A DNA stretch of 63,257 bases, the filler included, from Squatina squatina (taxonomy: Eukaryota): assembly GCA_031763465.1 (NCBI GenBank). It is 3 parts of 3 records of this genome, joined end to end, with 100 filler letters (N's around TTAATTAATTAA, not from the genome) between each part and the next. Parts side by side here need not be neighbours in the genome. Positions count along the whole stretch, not along the records: positions 1 to 29,761 come from JARFOE010000004.1; 2 more parts are not named here. One strand, 5' to 3'. Under the pieces are notes generated by a model, which made no database searches, was not told where the DNA came from, and saw only the letters and a program-made list of their open reading frames with translations. Of this stretch, positions 12,961 to 23,924 are shown piece after piece (the stretch's first letter is position 1; the number at the start of each line of letters is the position of its first letter). The translations under genes and the position numbers were made by a program.

Positions 12961-13064
12961 TCAGTTTTTAAAAATTTAAACGAAAATATTCAGATGATCA
13001 GAAATCAACAGAAAATGGGGCGGTGAACTTAATGGGAAGGCAAGTACTGGAGACACTGGAAAAC

Positions 13065-13215
13065 TAAAACAAAAACAGAAAAGGCTGGAAAGAATTGACC
13101 GGTGAGGCACCGTCTGTGGAGAGCGAAAACAGAGTTAATGTTTCAGGTCGATGACGTTTTCCTCTCTCCACAGATGCTGCCAGACCTGTCGAGTGTTTCC
13201 ACCATTTTGCTGTTC
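13065..13215. mobile_element. Penelope-derived palindromic short element; related pieces near 11925-11985, 20385-20560 and 27870-27960
   Basis: Inverted arms AAAACAGAAAAGGCTGGAAA...TCTGTGGAGAG and CTCTCCACAGATGCTGCC...TTTCCACCATTTTGCTGTT. Family assignment is from recall. Confidence 0.55.
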
Positions 13216-13319
13216 TTGTGAAAGTTGATGGGAATTGTTTGGAGTGTTTACTAATGGGACTTTTGCTCTTTGAGAGCAGGGCATGCGGAGGACTCCACTA
13301 ACCCTCTTGTTTTTCGCAG

Positions 13320-13598
13320 CCTTTCTCCAGTCCAGTCTGAACTTGCCCCTGAAGAAAACCTGTTTTATAAAGAGCACTGAGGGAGACCAGCAGTCCACGG
13401 GTGGCTGGGTTTTGGACAACAATAATTTCTGCCATTTGTTCGATGGCAGCAGATCTGAGGCTGCCTCTCGTGTTCATGGCTACAGCGTAAAGCTGGACTG
13501 GGCTGAGATAGATCCAGAAGGAGGCCATCCTTCCCTCGACACGCTTCAACTTAAAAACAAACTCAAACGGCGAATGTCGGAAATCCTGCCACAAAAGA
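13320..13598 (+). CDS. TOGARAM2: TOG array regulator of axonemal microtubules 2 (FAM179A), N-terminal exon
   Basis: ttttcgcAG acceptor and GTAAGT donor; 279 nt, phase 1/1, open. DTLQLKNKLKRRMSE resembles recalled DTIQIKDKLKKRRLSE. Position between WDR43 and PCARE is the expected synteny. Confidence 0.7.
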
Positions 13599-14049
13599 GT
13601 AAGTCCAATAGCATCTGGAAAAGATGTCATTTCTCTCTCCTCCCTGTTCTCTGTCTCATTCCTCCTTCTGACTTTCCTCACTCCCTTCATCTGCCTTTCT
13701 CTTCCCTCAATCTNNNNNNNNNNNNNNNNNNNNNNNNNNNNNNNNNNNNNNNNNNNNNNNNNNNNNNNNNNNNNNNNNNNNNNNNNNNNNNNNNNNNNNN
13801 NNNNNNNNNNNNNGCCGACTCCTGCTCCTAGTTCCGATGTTCTTATGTTTGTATGTTCTTTTTGATAAGTTTAGTAAGTGAGTTCTTTTTCACAACTTCC
13901 GCTTGGATTCACTCCGTCACCGTCTCAGACGGCTCCTTATCTTTACGATCCTTACCTGGAACAAAGGAATTTTTTCTCCTGTGCTCTGACTCATGCAAAA
14001 ACCTGTTAGAAACTAAAGATCCCACATTATCTCTACCTGGAGTTTCTTT

Positions 14050-14200
14050 TTATTAATTCCTGGGATGTGGGTGTCGCTGACAAGGCCGGCATTTATTGCC
14101 CACCCCTAGTTGCCCTCGAGGAGGTGGTGGTGAGCCTCCTTCTTGAACCGCTGCAGTCCTTGTGGTGAAGACAGACCCTCAGTGCTGTCCGGGAGGGAGA
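14050..14200 (-). mobile_element. LINE 3' end repeat; second copy at 38405-38568
   Basis: Both copies share TTCCTGGGATGTGGG.GTCGCTG...GCATTTATTGCCCA.CCCTA.TTGCCCT.GAG.AGGTGGTG.TGAGCC.CCTTCTTGAACC. Confidence 0.7.
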
Positions 14201-15496
14201 TTGTGACAATGAAGAAATACCGATATCATAGAATAGTACAATACAGAAAGAGGCCATTCGGCCCATCGAGCCTGTGCTGGCTCTTTCGAGGAGCGATCCA
14301 GTCAGTCCCGCTCACATGCTCTTTTCCCATATCCCTGNNNNNNNNNNNNNNNNNNNNNNNNNNNNNNNNNNNNNNNNNNNNNNNNNNNNNNNNNNNNNNN
14401 NNNNNNNNNNNNNNNNNNNNNNNNNNNNNNNNNNNNNGGGTGGCCCCCCGCTTACCATATGCGGGTGTGTCCCTGAACCCGGGATCGCAATGCTCTGCGT
14501 AGCCATGGTGAGGTGGGCCTCCTGGATTTTCAGGGCCCGTTTCTGCAATAAGACAGGTTAGGTGGAACCAAGGGGCTGGGAGTTTAAATGAGTGCTAATT
14601 GCATTTGAAACAGGTATTAGGGAAAGGTTATAAATGATTGGAATGCTTTGTCAGTCGAAGCGAAGTGTTAGAGGGACATCAGTGGGAGTGTGAACCTTTG
14701 AGAGTGGGGGCGGGGTGGGGGCTTTGTGTAGTGATTGGCCTTCTGTCCTTGCCTGCTCTGGCATTCAACGTGTTTTGCATTAAAAATGAGAAGTTTGCAA
14801 GCCCAGCAACAAAATTTGATCTGTTTTATCTTCATACATTTCTATGTCTTTGTGGGTTTTTATGGTATTCCCGCTCACACTTACGCTGCGTTCCGTACAT
14901 ACAGAACCCGGAGTAACCATGCATGGCGATACCCCTTCCTTGATTGGTTGGGCCCGCTCACGTGATCCCAGAGATGCATACGAAGCGCATAAGTCCCTGG
15001 GATACGTGGGCCTCTATGCTGGCCTGCGTGTAGAGGCCCAGGGCTGCAAGTGTGCAAAACCCCTGGACCACCAGGTACTTTTGTAAATGTTTCAAAGTTC
15101 GGAGGCTTCGACCGCAATATTAGGGCAGTTATTTCTTCTACCTTCTGTGCTCATGTCATCTTACTCAAGCAACCTTAGGCCTTGAAGTTATGCTGTGCGA
15201 ATATTTGGGTCCAAATGCTCCTGTCACAATAGCAAGCAGAAGAATTTTGCACGAGTGTATTAAGCATTTCTATAATAATATTCAGAGTGCAGCTTCAAGC
15301 TATTGAGCCAGATGAATATGTTCACTGTATCTCACAAATTGGCCTCAGTGTCTCTGGGCTGGGGATCAGGAAATGAGTCAGGATTCCCACTTCCGATTGC
15401 TATTCAATGATCCCTACTGGAAAATGTGCATATGCGCATAGCAGGCAAGAACAGATTCAGACTGGGCTGTGATGCCCCATCTCCCACCAACTGACT

Positions 15497-15642
15497 GGCT
15501 CAGTTGGTAGCACGTTTGCCTTTGAGTCAGAAGGTCGTGGGTTCAACGTCCACTTCAGAGACTTGTGTACATAGTCCAGTATTGAGGGAGTGCTGCACTG
15601 GCGGAGGTGCCATCTTTTGGATGAGATGTTAAGCCGAGGCCC
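15497..15642 (+). mobile_element. tRNA-derived SINE with Deu-like domain (SacSINE1/DeuSINE type)
   Basis: A-box GGCTCAGTTGG, B-box GGTTCAA, then GAGGGAGTGCTGCACTG...GGATGAGATGTTAAGCCGAGGCCC. Related copies at about 22295-22435(-), 26050-26150(-), 30475-30530, 30628-30690 and 58345-58430. Confidence 0.75.
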
Positions 15643-17687
15643 CTCTTAGCCCCCTTCTACATCTCTCCTGATTTTTATTTCCATTGAAGTCAATAGAAAT
15701 AAAAATTAGGAGAGATGTAAAGTGGGCTGCCGATTCGCTGTCACCTATTTTACACTATTGCACAAAGTCACAATTACCCCCAAATGTTGCATTGGTACAA
15801 GACATCATACAAACAAACTGCAAATGGGAATCATTTATTTTTTTTATATGTGTGTAACAATCTATATTTTTCTTTTGAAACAATAACTGCACAACACAGT
15901 ACTTAATCTGTTGGTTTCAAACAAAACACTATTTTGTTTTTGAAAAATCCTTTTTTTTTAATGCTAAACAATATTTTGAAATTTCATTCTGGATACTCTA
16001 CTCTCCACACATCTGAATGCTTAGTTAGTAGTTAAGGGCCATTTCAGTGGAGAATGTGATACTTTAGCACTTTAAAAATGTACCCATTATTTCTTGGTTG
16101 GCTTTGAAATGCTACATATTGCAGGCAACTCATGGAATTCAAGCAAAGCCTTTGCACTTGAACTGAAACAGAGTACTTGATAAAGAGAAGTTCCCTGAAA
16201 TATCTATTATTTTATATAAAATTTTACCTCTGTGAATGGTTTTCCAAATAGGTACGAGGGAAAAAAGGCTTTGTTTCTTTAGAACATCCCATATTGGGTT
16301 TCCAATCCTGTCAGGTGGTCTTTAATACAGCTCACATTTTAACCATCTATTTGGTCCTGTCGCTGATCTTTTCAATATTCCCACTTATTTTCGCAGCTCC
16401 ATATATTGTGGTGGATAAACAGGATCATGGCTGAAGCGAATCAGATCCCAGCTTCGTTCCACAGTTAACTTCCCAGCCTCTTCTGGAGCCAGTCTTATTT
16501 TTTACTTGATTCTGTGGTATTGTCCCAGGGGTGGCCACCATTCAGGCTACAGACATTCAGGCTACAGATTGGACTGGGGCATCTAGACAGCACTTCTGAT
16601 TCGAACACAATTTCAAAATTCCTGATTTTTTTTGTGACTGCTATGGAAAGGGAACAATCGTAAAATCATACAGCATGAATGGAGGCTACTTTTCCCATTG
16701 TGCCTGTGCCAGCTCCTTGAAAGAACTATCCAATTAGTCCCATCCACAAGCCCCCTCCCCGTCTTCCCCGATAGCTCTGCAAATTCTTCCTTTTCAAGAT
16801 AATAGCTAATGCCAGGGAGATCAGTGAGTTTGCTTTGTTAAACAAAGTACATGCAGTGGAATTGGGACACGCTAAACATTCATCTGATTTTAAATCGCTG
16901 AGTCATATTAGTTCTAGCCTTTACTTTCACCCTTGGTGGTATCTTGCATGATAGCCCTTGGCCTTCACTCTGTGTCCATGAGTTGGAGATGATATAGACT
17001 CATTCATTCCAGTTCGTCCCCTCCTGCAGCCTCTGCATGCTCTCTGTTAAAGTAAATCTTGATGGGGGAATCCTACAGATCCATTAAATGTGTGCTGTCA
17101 ATTTAGGTGTCTCTAACTTTTAAACTCAACGGGGTATGCTTGAATTTACCCTCAACTATATTGGATGTGCATGATTTTCTGTTTATCCCCATCAATGTTT
17201 CATCACCTTCAATGGAACGTTTGCCAAAGATGGCCTGGCTGGTAACCAGGTGAAAACCCAGGAAGTTCACCACAGAGAATTCTCCTACACCAAAAAAAAT
17301 TCCTGTCATCCTTAAACTGTAATTGAACAGTCCTGAGAAATCTTGCCATGTATTGCACCAGAGAGACCAGAAGACTCAATCTACCAGTCTAGTTCTCCAA
17401 TCGAACTCGTTATTCTCCTTCATTGCTTAATTATTACAACAGGTTGAAGAGAAAGCCAGCTGGATTGAACGGAAGGAGCACTGGGTCATGAAACTCGTCA
17501 TCAGCTTTCAGTCCTTGCAAGAAGCAGTCAGTGGGAGATTTGGCCTCGCTGGTAAACTATTGCATTTTTTTAAATCCTTCCACAAACNNNNNNNNNNNNN
17601 NNNNNNNNNNNNNNNNNNNNNNNNNNNNNNNNNNNNNNNNNNNNNNNNNNNNNNNNNNNNNNNNNNNNNNNNNNNNNNNNNNNNNNN

Positions 17688-18511
17688 TGCAGGAGGTCGG
17701 GCGGGTCCTCCGGGGCTCCTTTCTCAGTGGGCCAGGCGAGGTGAGGTCCGACGTCCTTGACCAGCCTCTCGCCCTCGGCAGCAATGTCCTCCAGGATCCG
17801 GTTGACTTCCTCGAAGCGAAGTGTCAGGAAGTTCACCATCTGCTGCACCATTAGTTGAGTCTGTGCGGCCTGGTCCGTTAGACTCAGGATGGCGTCGTAC
17901 TTGGAAAGGCTGGGGTTGAGGTAGGCATACGCCGCGTGGTGGGCTTTAACCAGCGACGTGGGAAAATCTACTTTCTTTTCGTCTTCGCCTCCCGAATGGC
18001 TTCTTGCCCTCAGCTTGGTGCTCTTTGTCTGCTTGGCGGCGTGGCGGCCCTTTTGTTTCCTGGTTCTCTTGGGTTGCTCAGCTGCATTGCTATCGCCGTG
18101 CCAGTTGCTGTACGTTTTGTGTTTCTGAACGGGCGTGTCCCGAGACACATACTTCTGCGAAGCGATGACCACTGACACCGCCACCTTGGTACCGGCTGCC
18201 AATTTTTCTCTCTCCATCTCTTCGTTGTAAAGCTCGGGTAGGCGGGCGGGCACCATAGATGGAGGTGGGTGCTGGCAATGACCCTTCCCCACTCGGTGCC
18301 GCTCCTCTTTATTCCCTGGCCCGCTGGCATTCTCTCGAATATCCTCGGACAGGTTGGATTCGCTGTCGGAGTTTCCCAAGCCTCCGCTGATCGAGTGGGC
18401 AAGGCTCTCGGCAGGCGTCTTGTCTGCAGACGCCGTGGCTTTCTTCAGAGGCCTCAAAGTATTTTTTGCGAGGTGCTGGATTATTTCGCTTTGAGACGGC
18501 GCGCACCCCAT
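17688..18511 (-). CDS. PCARE: Photoreceptor cilium actin regulator (C2orf71), 5' part of the large first exon; runs into a gap
   Basis: Begins MGCAPSQSEII (Gly2/Cys3 acylation motif). KVDFPTSLVKAHHAAYAYLNPSLSKYDAIL...HLAWP...PDLL matches the conserved PCARE block. Synteny agrees. Confidence 0.93.
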
Positions 18512-18814
18512 TGCTGCTTTTCCTTATGATGCGAAAAAAAGATAACCGCAAAATAATCAGCACCAAGAAAGATTGACAGTACTTAGCAGCTCCTCCTGTC
18601 GTCTCCAGATGCTCTCGTACAATGTGACTTAATTTATCTTCCTTGGCTCTCCAAAACCTCACGGGTTGACGGGTTTGACGTTCAGGATTTTGACGGCCAT
18701 TCCTTAGAACATAATAAAAACATTCCAATGACTCCACGCAGTTTGTTGAATAGTTTCCTTTTGAAGTGCTGCACTTTCCCTGTTCCCTTACTCACCACCT
18801 TCAAGATTCAGAGG

Positions 18815-19160
18815 CTCTGGATTAAGCGCATTACCTGCCTCGCTTCTAAAAATAAGATTTTAAGCTTCTCTGGCTAATCAGGCTTGGCCAGTCAGTTCTC
18901 TTTTGCATCGAGTGGAACGTGGATGAAGAACGCTAATTAAAGAATAATTGTTTTTTTAATAAACCGATAGCGAGATCAGTTGCTGAAACCCGTAGAGATA
19001 GCGAGGTAAAAATTTACTGCAGTCTTGATTTGCCAGTATTTAATACCAAAGCCTTCCTTAACACCAATAAATCTTTCTTCAGGAATTATGACCATGAAAC
19101 TTTGAAGTGCCAGGGAAAAGACAACCGATGCAGCAACAGTCTTGAGTTTCTTAATCCTAT
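18815..19160 (-). promoter_or_regulatory. Putative photoreceptor promoter of PCARE
   Basis: CRX/OTX-type motifs GGATTAAG (18819), CTAATCA (18874) and TTAATCC (19151); Ret-1/PCE-1-like CTAATTA (18933); TGCTGA half site (18981). All lie within about 650 bp upstream of the ATG. Confidence 0.5.
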
Positions 19161-22100
19161 AGTTAGTCGCCATATGGCGCACAGCCTTATTAAGCAGTGG
19201 TTAGAAAGAACGAACTTGGGACATATAAGGCAGNNNNNNNNNNNNNNNNNNNNNNNNNNNNNNNNNNNNNNNNNNNNNNNNNNNNNNNNNNNNNNNNNNN
19301 NNNNNNNNNNNNNNNNNNNNNNNNNNNNNNNNNCAGACAATAATCGACACCACGCCAAAGAAGGAGACATTAAGACAGGTGACCAAATGCTTGGTGTTAA
19401 GCAGCTCCTTCCTTTAAGGAGGGGAACGAGGAGGAGAGGCTTGAGGAGGAACTTCCGGAACTTATGGCCTAGACGGTTGAAGGCACAGCATTTTCAGGTA
19501 TCAATTTTATTTTCGTACGGATTTACTTTAATTGGAAAGGTGCCCTTTGAGCTGAAATGTTTATTTATAATGCAGGATATGTAAGAAGTACAAACGTCCC
19601 TTCAGGGAATTATGTACAGCGATTGCAAAACCTCCCTCAATAAGCTGCCAAGATGTTGAACAGTGGCAAGCTGTTTAAACAAAAAAAACCCTGCAGTATC
19701 CTCATTGAAAATTTAATAAACAGCGTCATAAAATTCCCTTATGCAGAACATAGTACTTTCAACGTCTGAATGTTGGAGAATGCTGCCGAATAGTGTCTTA
19801 CCTCTCGCTCTGCAGTAATTCCTTCACATCCGAAAATAGATCTTAAATATTCTTGTTTTATGGCAATGATTCTTTGTTTTTTAATCCTATACTGAAGGAG
19901 CTGTTCACCAATAATTGGAAATCAATGTATGAATTGTATCTTTATTGTCATTAAATAGGACCCTTCGACAGCGTGCAGAAAGTCAGATTCCCCCTTCAGA
20001 TATTAACACATATCACGCACAGTGAATAATGGTTTGAGCATTTCTTTACATGTATAAAANNNNNNNNNNNNNNNNNNNNNNNNNNNNNNNNNNNNNNNNN
20101 NNNNNNNNNNNNNNNNNNNNNNNNNNNNNNNNNNNNNNNNNNNNNNNNNNNNNNNNNNNACACCAACCATTGCATCTAATGGTGAAGTTGATCATTTATA
20201 TTTTGCTCTCGCAAAGGCCCAGCACAAACACAATGGGCCACCTGGTCTCCTTCTTTACTGTAGGCTTCAATGGTTCTACCATTCTGTCTCGATCTTGCTT
20301 ACCCGCACCCACCCCGATAACCACCAATGACGTTTCCCAACCATGTAAGTCAGTCTTTTTAAACTTCGCTTTCGCAGGTTAAAAGATCAAACAGTATAAG
20401 AGGGTTGGAAAACTGGAAATCTGAAATAAAACTGCTGGAATCACACAACAGGCCCAATAGCATCGGTAAAGAGAAAAGTTAGATTCATGATTTGGGTGGG
20501 TGACTCTTTGTCAGAGCACAGTTCTGAGGAAGGGTCTAGACCTAAAATATAAACCAGTGTTAGAGGGCTTGCAACAGGAGATCCCATCGCCTTTGATTCT
20601 CAGTGAATGACGAGAGTTCATCACATGAGACCAGAAGTATGAGTCACTTGAACAGTAATGTTTAAACTGCCCGGCATTGTTACATCTTGCTGGTGTGATC
20701 AGTGTACCGTTACACCACATCAAAGGATACTTAACGGACTGAAACAAACTGGCTGTTCTGAAGATTTGTTTGGACTATGGAGCTTCACTCCTTTAATCAT
20801 CGTGCNNNNNNNNNNNNNNNNNNNNNNNNNNNNNNNNNNNNNNNNNNNNNNNNNNNNNNNNNNNNNNNNNNNNNNNNNNNNNNNNNNNNNNNNNNNNNNN
20901 NNNNNAGAGACTACAGATGGCCTTGCAGGACGCCCTCGACCAGCTCTGGGCCTGGAAGGCTCGGCTGTAGATTGCTCCACCTCAGGTCGGGCAGTGGCAG
21001 TCTGGGCTGGCTGGGTGACAGGCATGGACAAGTGCAATGGCGGAGCGGCAGTGGTGGGACCAGGAATGCTGTCAGCGTGAGAGAGACAACAGGTTCCTGC
21101 TCCACTGACCCAGTGTCACTCCCCCGGGGCAGCACCTCAGCATCCCCACCAATCTACTGGAGCACAGATTGGTGGCCTGCTGTGAAACGTTGAGATCCCC
21201 AGTAGACTGTGGTGGACCTAGCGGCAATGGCAGCAGTCTGAGCACATGTGGCATCCAACTGAGACTGCAGGAGAGCATTCAGAGCCTCGATGCTAGCAGT
21301 CGTTGACTGCATGAGAGTAGTCGGTGCGGAATGGAGTCGGTGCAGAATGGAGTTGGCGCAGATGTTTTGTTTACTGAGAAAGCAGCCATTGATCACAATT
21401 ACAAACAGGCAGAGCGGACCGAGTGGGGATTCAGATTCTGAGTCACTGCATTCTGAGTGTGATGCAGCCTAATTGGAATTTGCCTCTCAAAATGCTTGTT
21501 CCAGAGGAACTAATCTCATCTAACTTCATTAGTCATACGGCTTTAGATGAAAGTTTATTTAAAAAGGGGGTTGCCAGCACTAACTGACTGCACCATCACC
21601 AGTGCAATGAAGTGGGCCGTTAGCAAGGTTTAGGCACCAAAAGAAGAACTGGTTTGATGACTTTTTGAAAGACGTTTGATATTTCCAAGGAATCTTTGCC
21701 TGTGAATGACCTTTGCGTAGCCCGGGCATAAAAAATTTCTTACAGTTTTAAGTGGCTACTGACAAGAATGTTAGGAATGTTAAAAGGGATGATTACCAGT
21801 GCCATCTGGGACAGAACACTAATCGATGACCTCTAGCAGACTGAATTTTATCTCTTTCCTGTGGATTGCATTCCCTTTCTGTGATTATGCAGAATACCAA
21901 AAGGCCTCTGTCGCAATTTGCATTAACAGAGGAGATGATGTGGGGATCCTGAGCGATTTGGTTTCTGGTGAAGTGGATGCTTAGGTGAGAACAGAAATAG
22001 ATACGGCACCTGATCAAATCCTTCAGGATATACCAAAGCCCTTTTCATTTAATTCATTTTTTTTTAAACTGCTGTTATTATGTCCCACAAACAACAAGTG

Positions 22101-22294
22101 AGATGACTGACCAGGTAACCTGCCTTTGTTGGTTTGAGGGAGGAATGTGGGCCATGATCAGTGTTCCCTTTAAGCTGCACGGCCATGCAGCACTCTGCAG
22201 CACCCGCGCAGTTGACTCGCCAGCTATTAAATAGGAACAAGCGCCCACGTGTGGCATTTTGAATGGGTCACGCACCCCCCAAAAAATTCTTCTT

Positions 22295-22435
22295 CTGAAG
22301 GATGGCACCTGCGATAGTGCAGCATTCCCTCAGTGCCGCACTGGAGAGTTAGCCTACATTATGTGCTCCAGTCCTGAGGTGGGGCTTAAACCCGCAAGAT
22401 TCTGACTGAGAGGCAGTAATGCTACCAACTAAGGC
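22295..22435 (-). mobile_element. tRNA-derived Deu-type SINE copy
   Basis: Reverse-complement similarity to 15497-15642. Confidence 0.7.
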
Positions 22436-22790
22436 AAGCTGACACTTGGAAGGATTGAAAGTTAAGCAGCAACTGCATTGCATGTTTTCAGACAAAGGCT
22501 ACCAGCTGTAGTGTGTTGCCAGGAAGGTCACTGTGTCACAGGCTGAACATAGCAGGAAGATTCCCTCTGATCGCTACTTCTAATTGGACAATAACCTCTA
22601 AAGTACGTTATTCTGAATCAGCACAGACCAGGGATCAAACCTTCCTGGGCTGTACAACTTAGCTACATCCCATGTAAACCTGTGGAGCCATCGGGGAGCC
22701 TAGTTTGCAGAATTTTAGCAAATGGCACAGAGAAATCTGTGGAAAAGTCACTGTCACTTTAAGTTTGCTGCAAAATCGCAGTGCTTGATA

Positions 22791-23924
22791 GCCGTACAGT
22801 AATCCAGCTAGCCGTATGGTAACCCAGCTAGCCGAACGGTAACTGAGATAGCCGAACGGTAACTGAGATAGCCGAACGGTAACCCAGATAACCGAACGTT
22901 AACCCGGGTAACCGAACGGTAACCCAGCTAACCGAACGATAACCCAGATAACCAAACGATAACCCAGCTAGCCGAACGGTAACTGAGATAGCCGAACGGT
23001 AACTGAGATAGCTGAACAATAACCCAGATAACCGAACGATAACCCTGCTAGCCGAATGGTAACTGAGATAGCCGAACGGTAACCCAGATAGCTGAACGAT
23101 AACTGAGATAGCCGAACGGTAACCCAGATAGCCAAACGGTCACTGAGATACCCAACCGATCACCCAGATAACCGAACGGTAAGCCAGATAGCCAAACAAT
23201 AACCCAGATAACCGAGCGATAACCCAGATAGCCAGACCAGAATCCAGATAGCTGAATGCTAACCCAGATAGCCAAACGGTAACCGAGATAACCGAACGCT
23301 AAGCCAGATAACCGAACGGTAACCCAGCTAACCGAACGATAACCCAGCTAGCCGAACGGTAACCCAGTTAACCGAATGATAATGCAGATAGCTGAACTTT
23401 AACCCAGATAGCCATACGGTAACCCAGCTAGCCGAACGGTAACTGAGATAGCCGAACGGTAACCCAGCTAGCCGAACGGTAACTGAGATAGCCGAACGGT
23501 AACCCAGATAGCCGAACGGTAACCGAGATAGCCAAACAATAACCCAGATAACCGAACAATAACCCAGATAACCGAACGGTAACCCAGATATCCAAACAAT
23601 AACCCAGATAACCAAACGATAACCCAGATAACCAAACGGTAAGCCAGATAACCGAACGAAAACCCAGATAGCCGAACGGTAACTGAGATAACCGAACGCT
23701 AACCCAGATGGGCAAACAATAAACTAGATAGCCGAACGGTAACCCAGATATCCGAACGCTAACCCAGATAGCTGAACGGTAACACAGATAACCGAACGAT
23801 AACCCAGATAGCCGAACGGTAACCGAGATAGCCGAACGCTAACCCAGATGGGCAAACAATAAACCAGATAACCGAACGGTAACCCAGATAACCGAACGGT
23901 AACACAGATAGCCGAACGGTAACC
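22791..23924. repeat. 20-bp minisatellite, consensus GCCGAACGGTAACCCAGATA, about 57 units
   Basis: Directly visible; constant 20-nt register across about 1.13 kb. Confidence 0.97.

Noticed and set aside
15497-15570. tRNA gene
   Set aside because: The A/B boxes run directly into a SINE body, several degenerate copies exist, and there is no complete cloverleaf.
22791-23924. CRISPR array, or a membrane protein from the periodic minus-strand ORFs
   Set aside because: Units are contiguous with no unique spacers, the context is eukaryotic, and the ORFs are by-products of the 20-bp repeat and are broken by stops.
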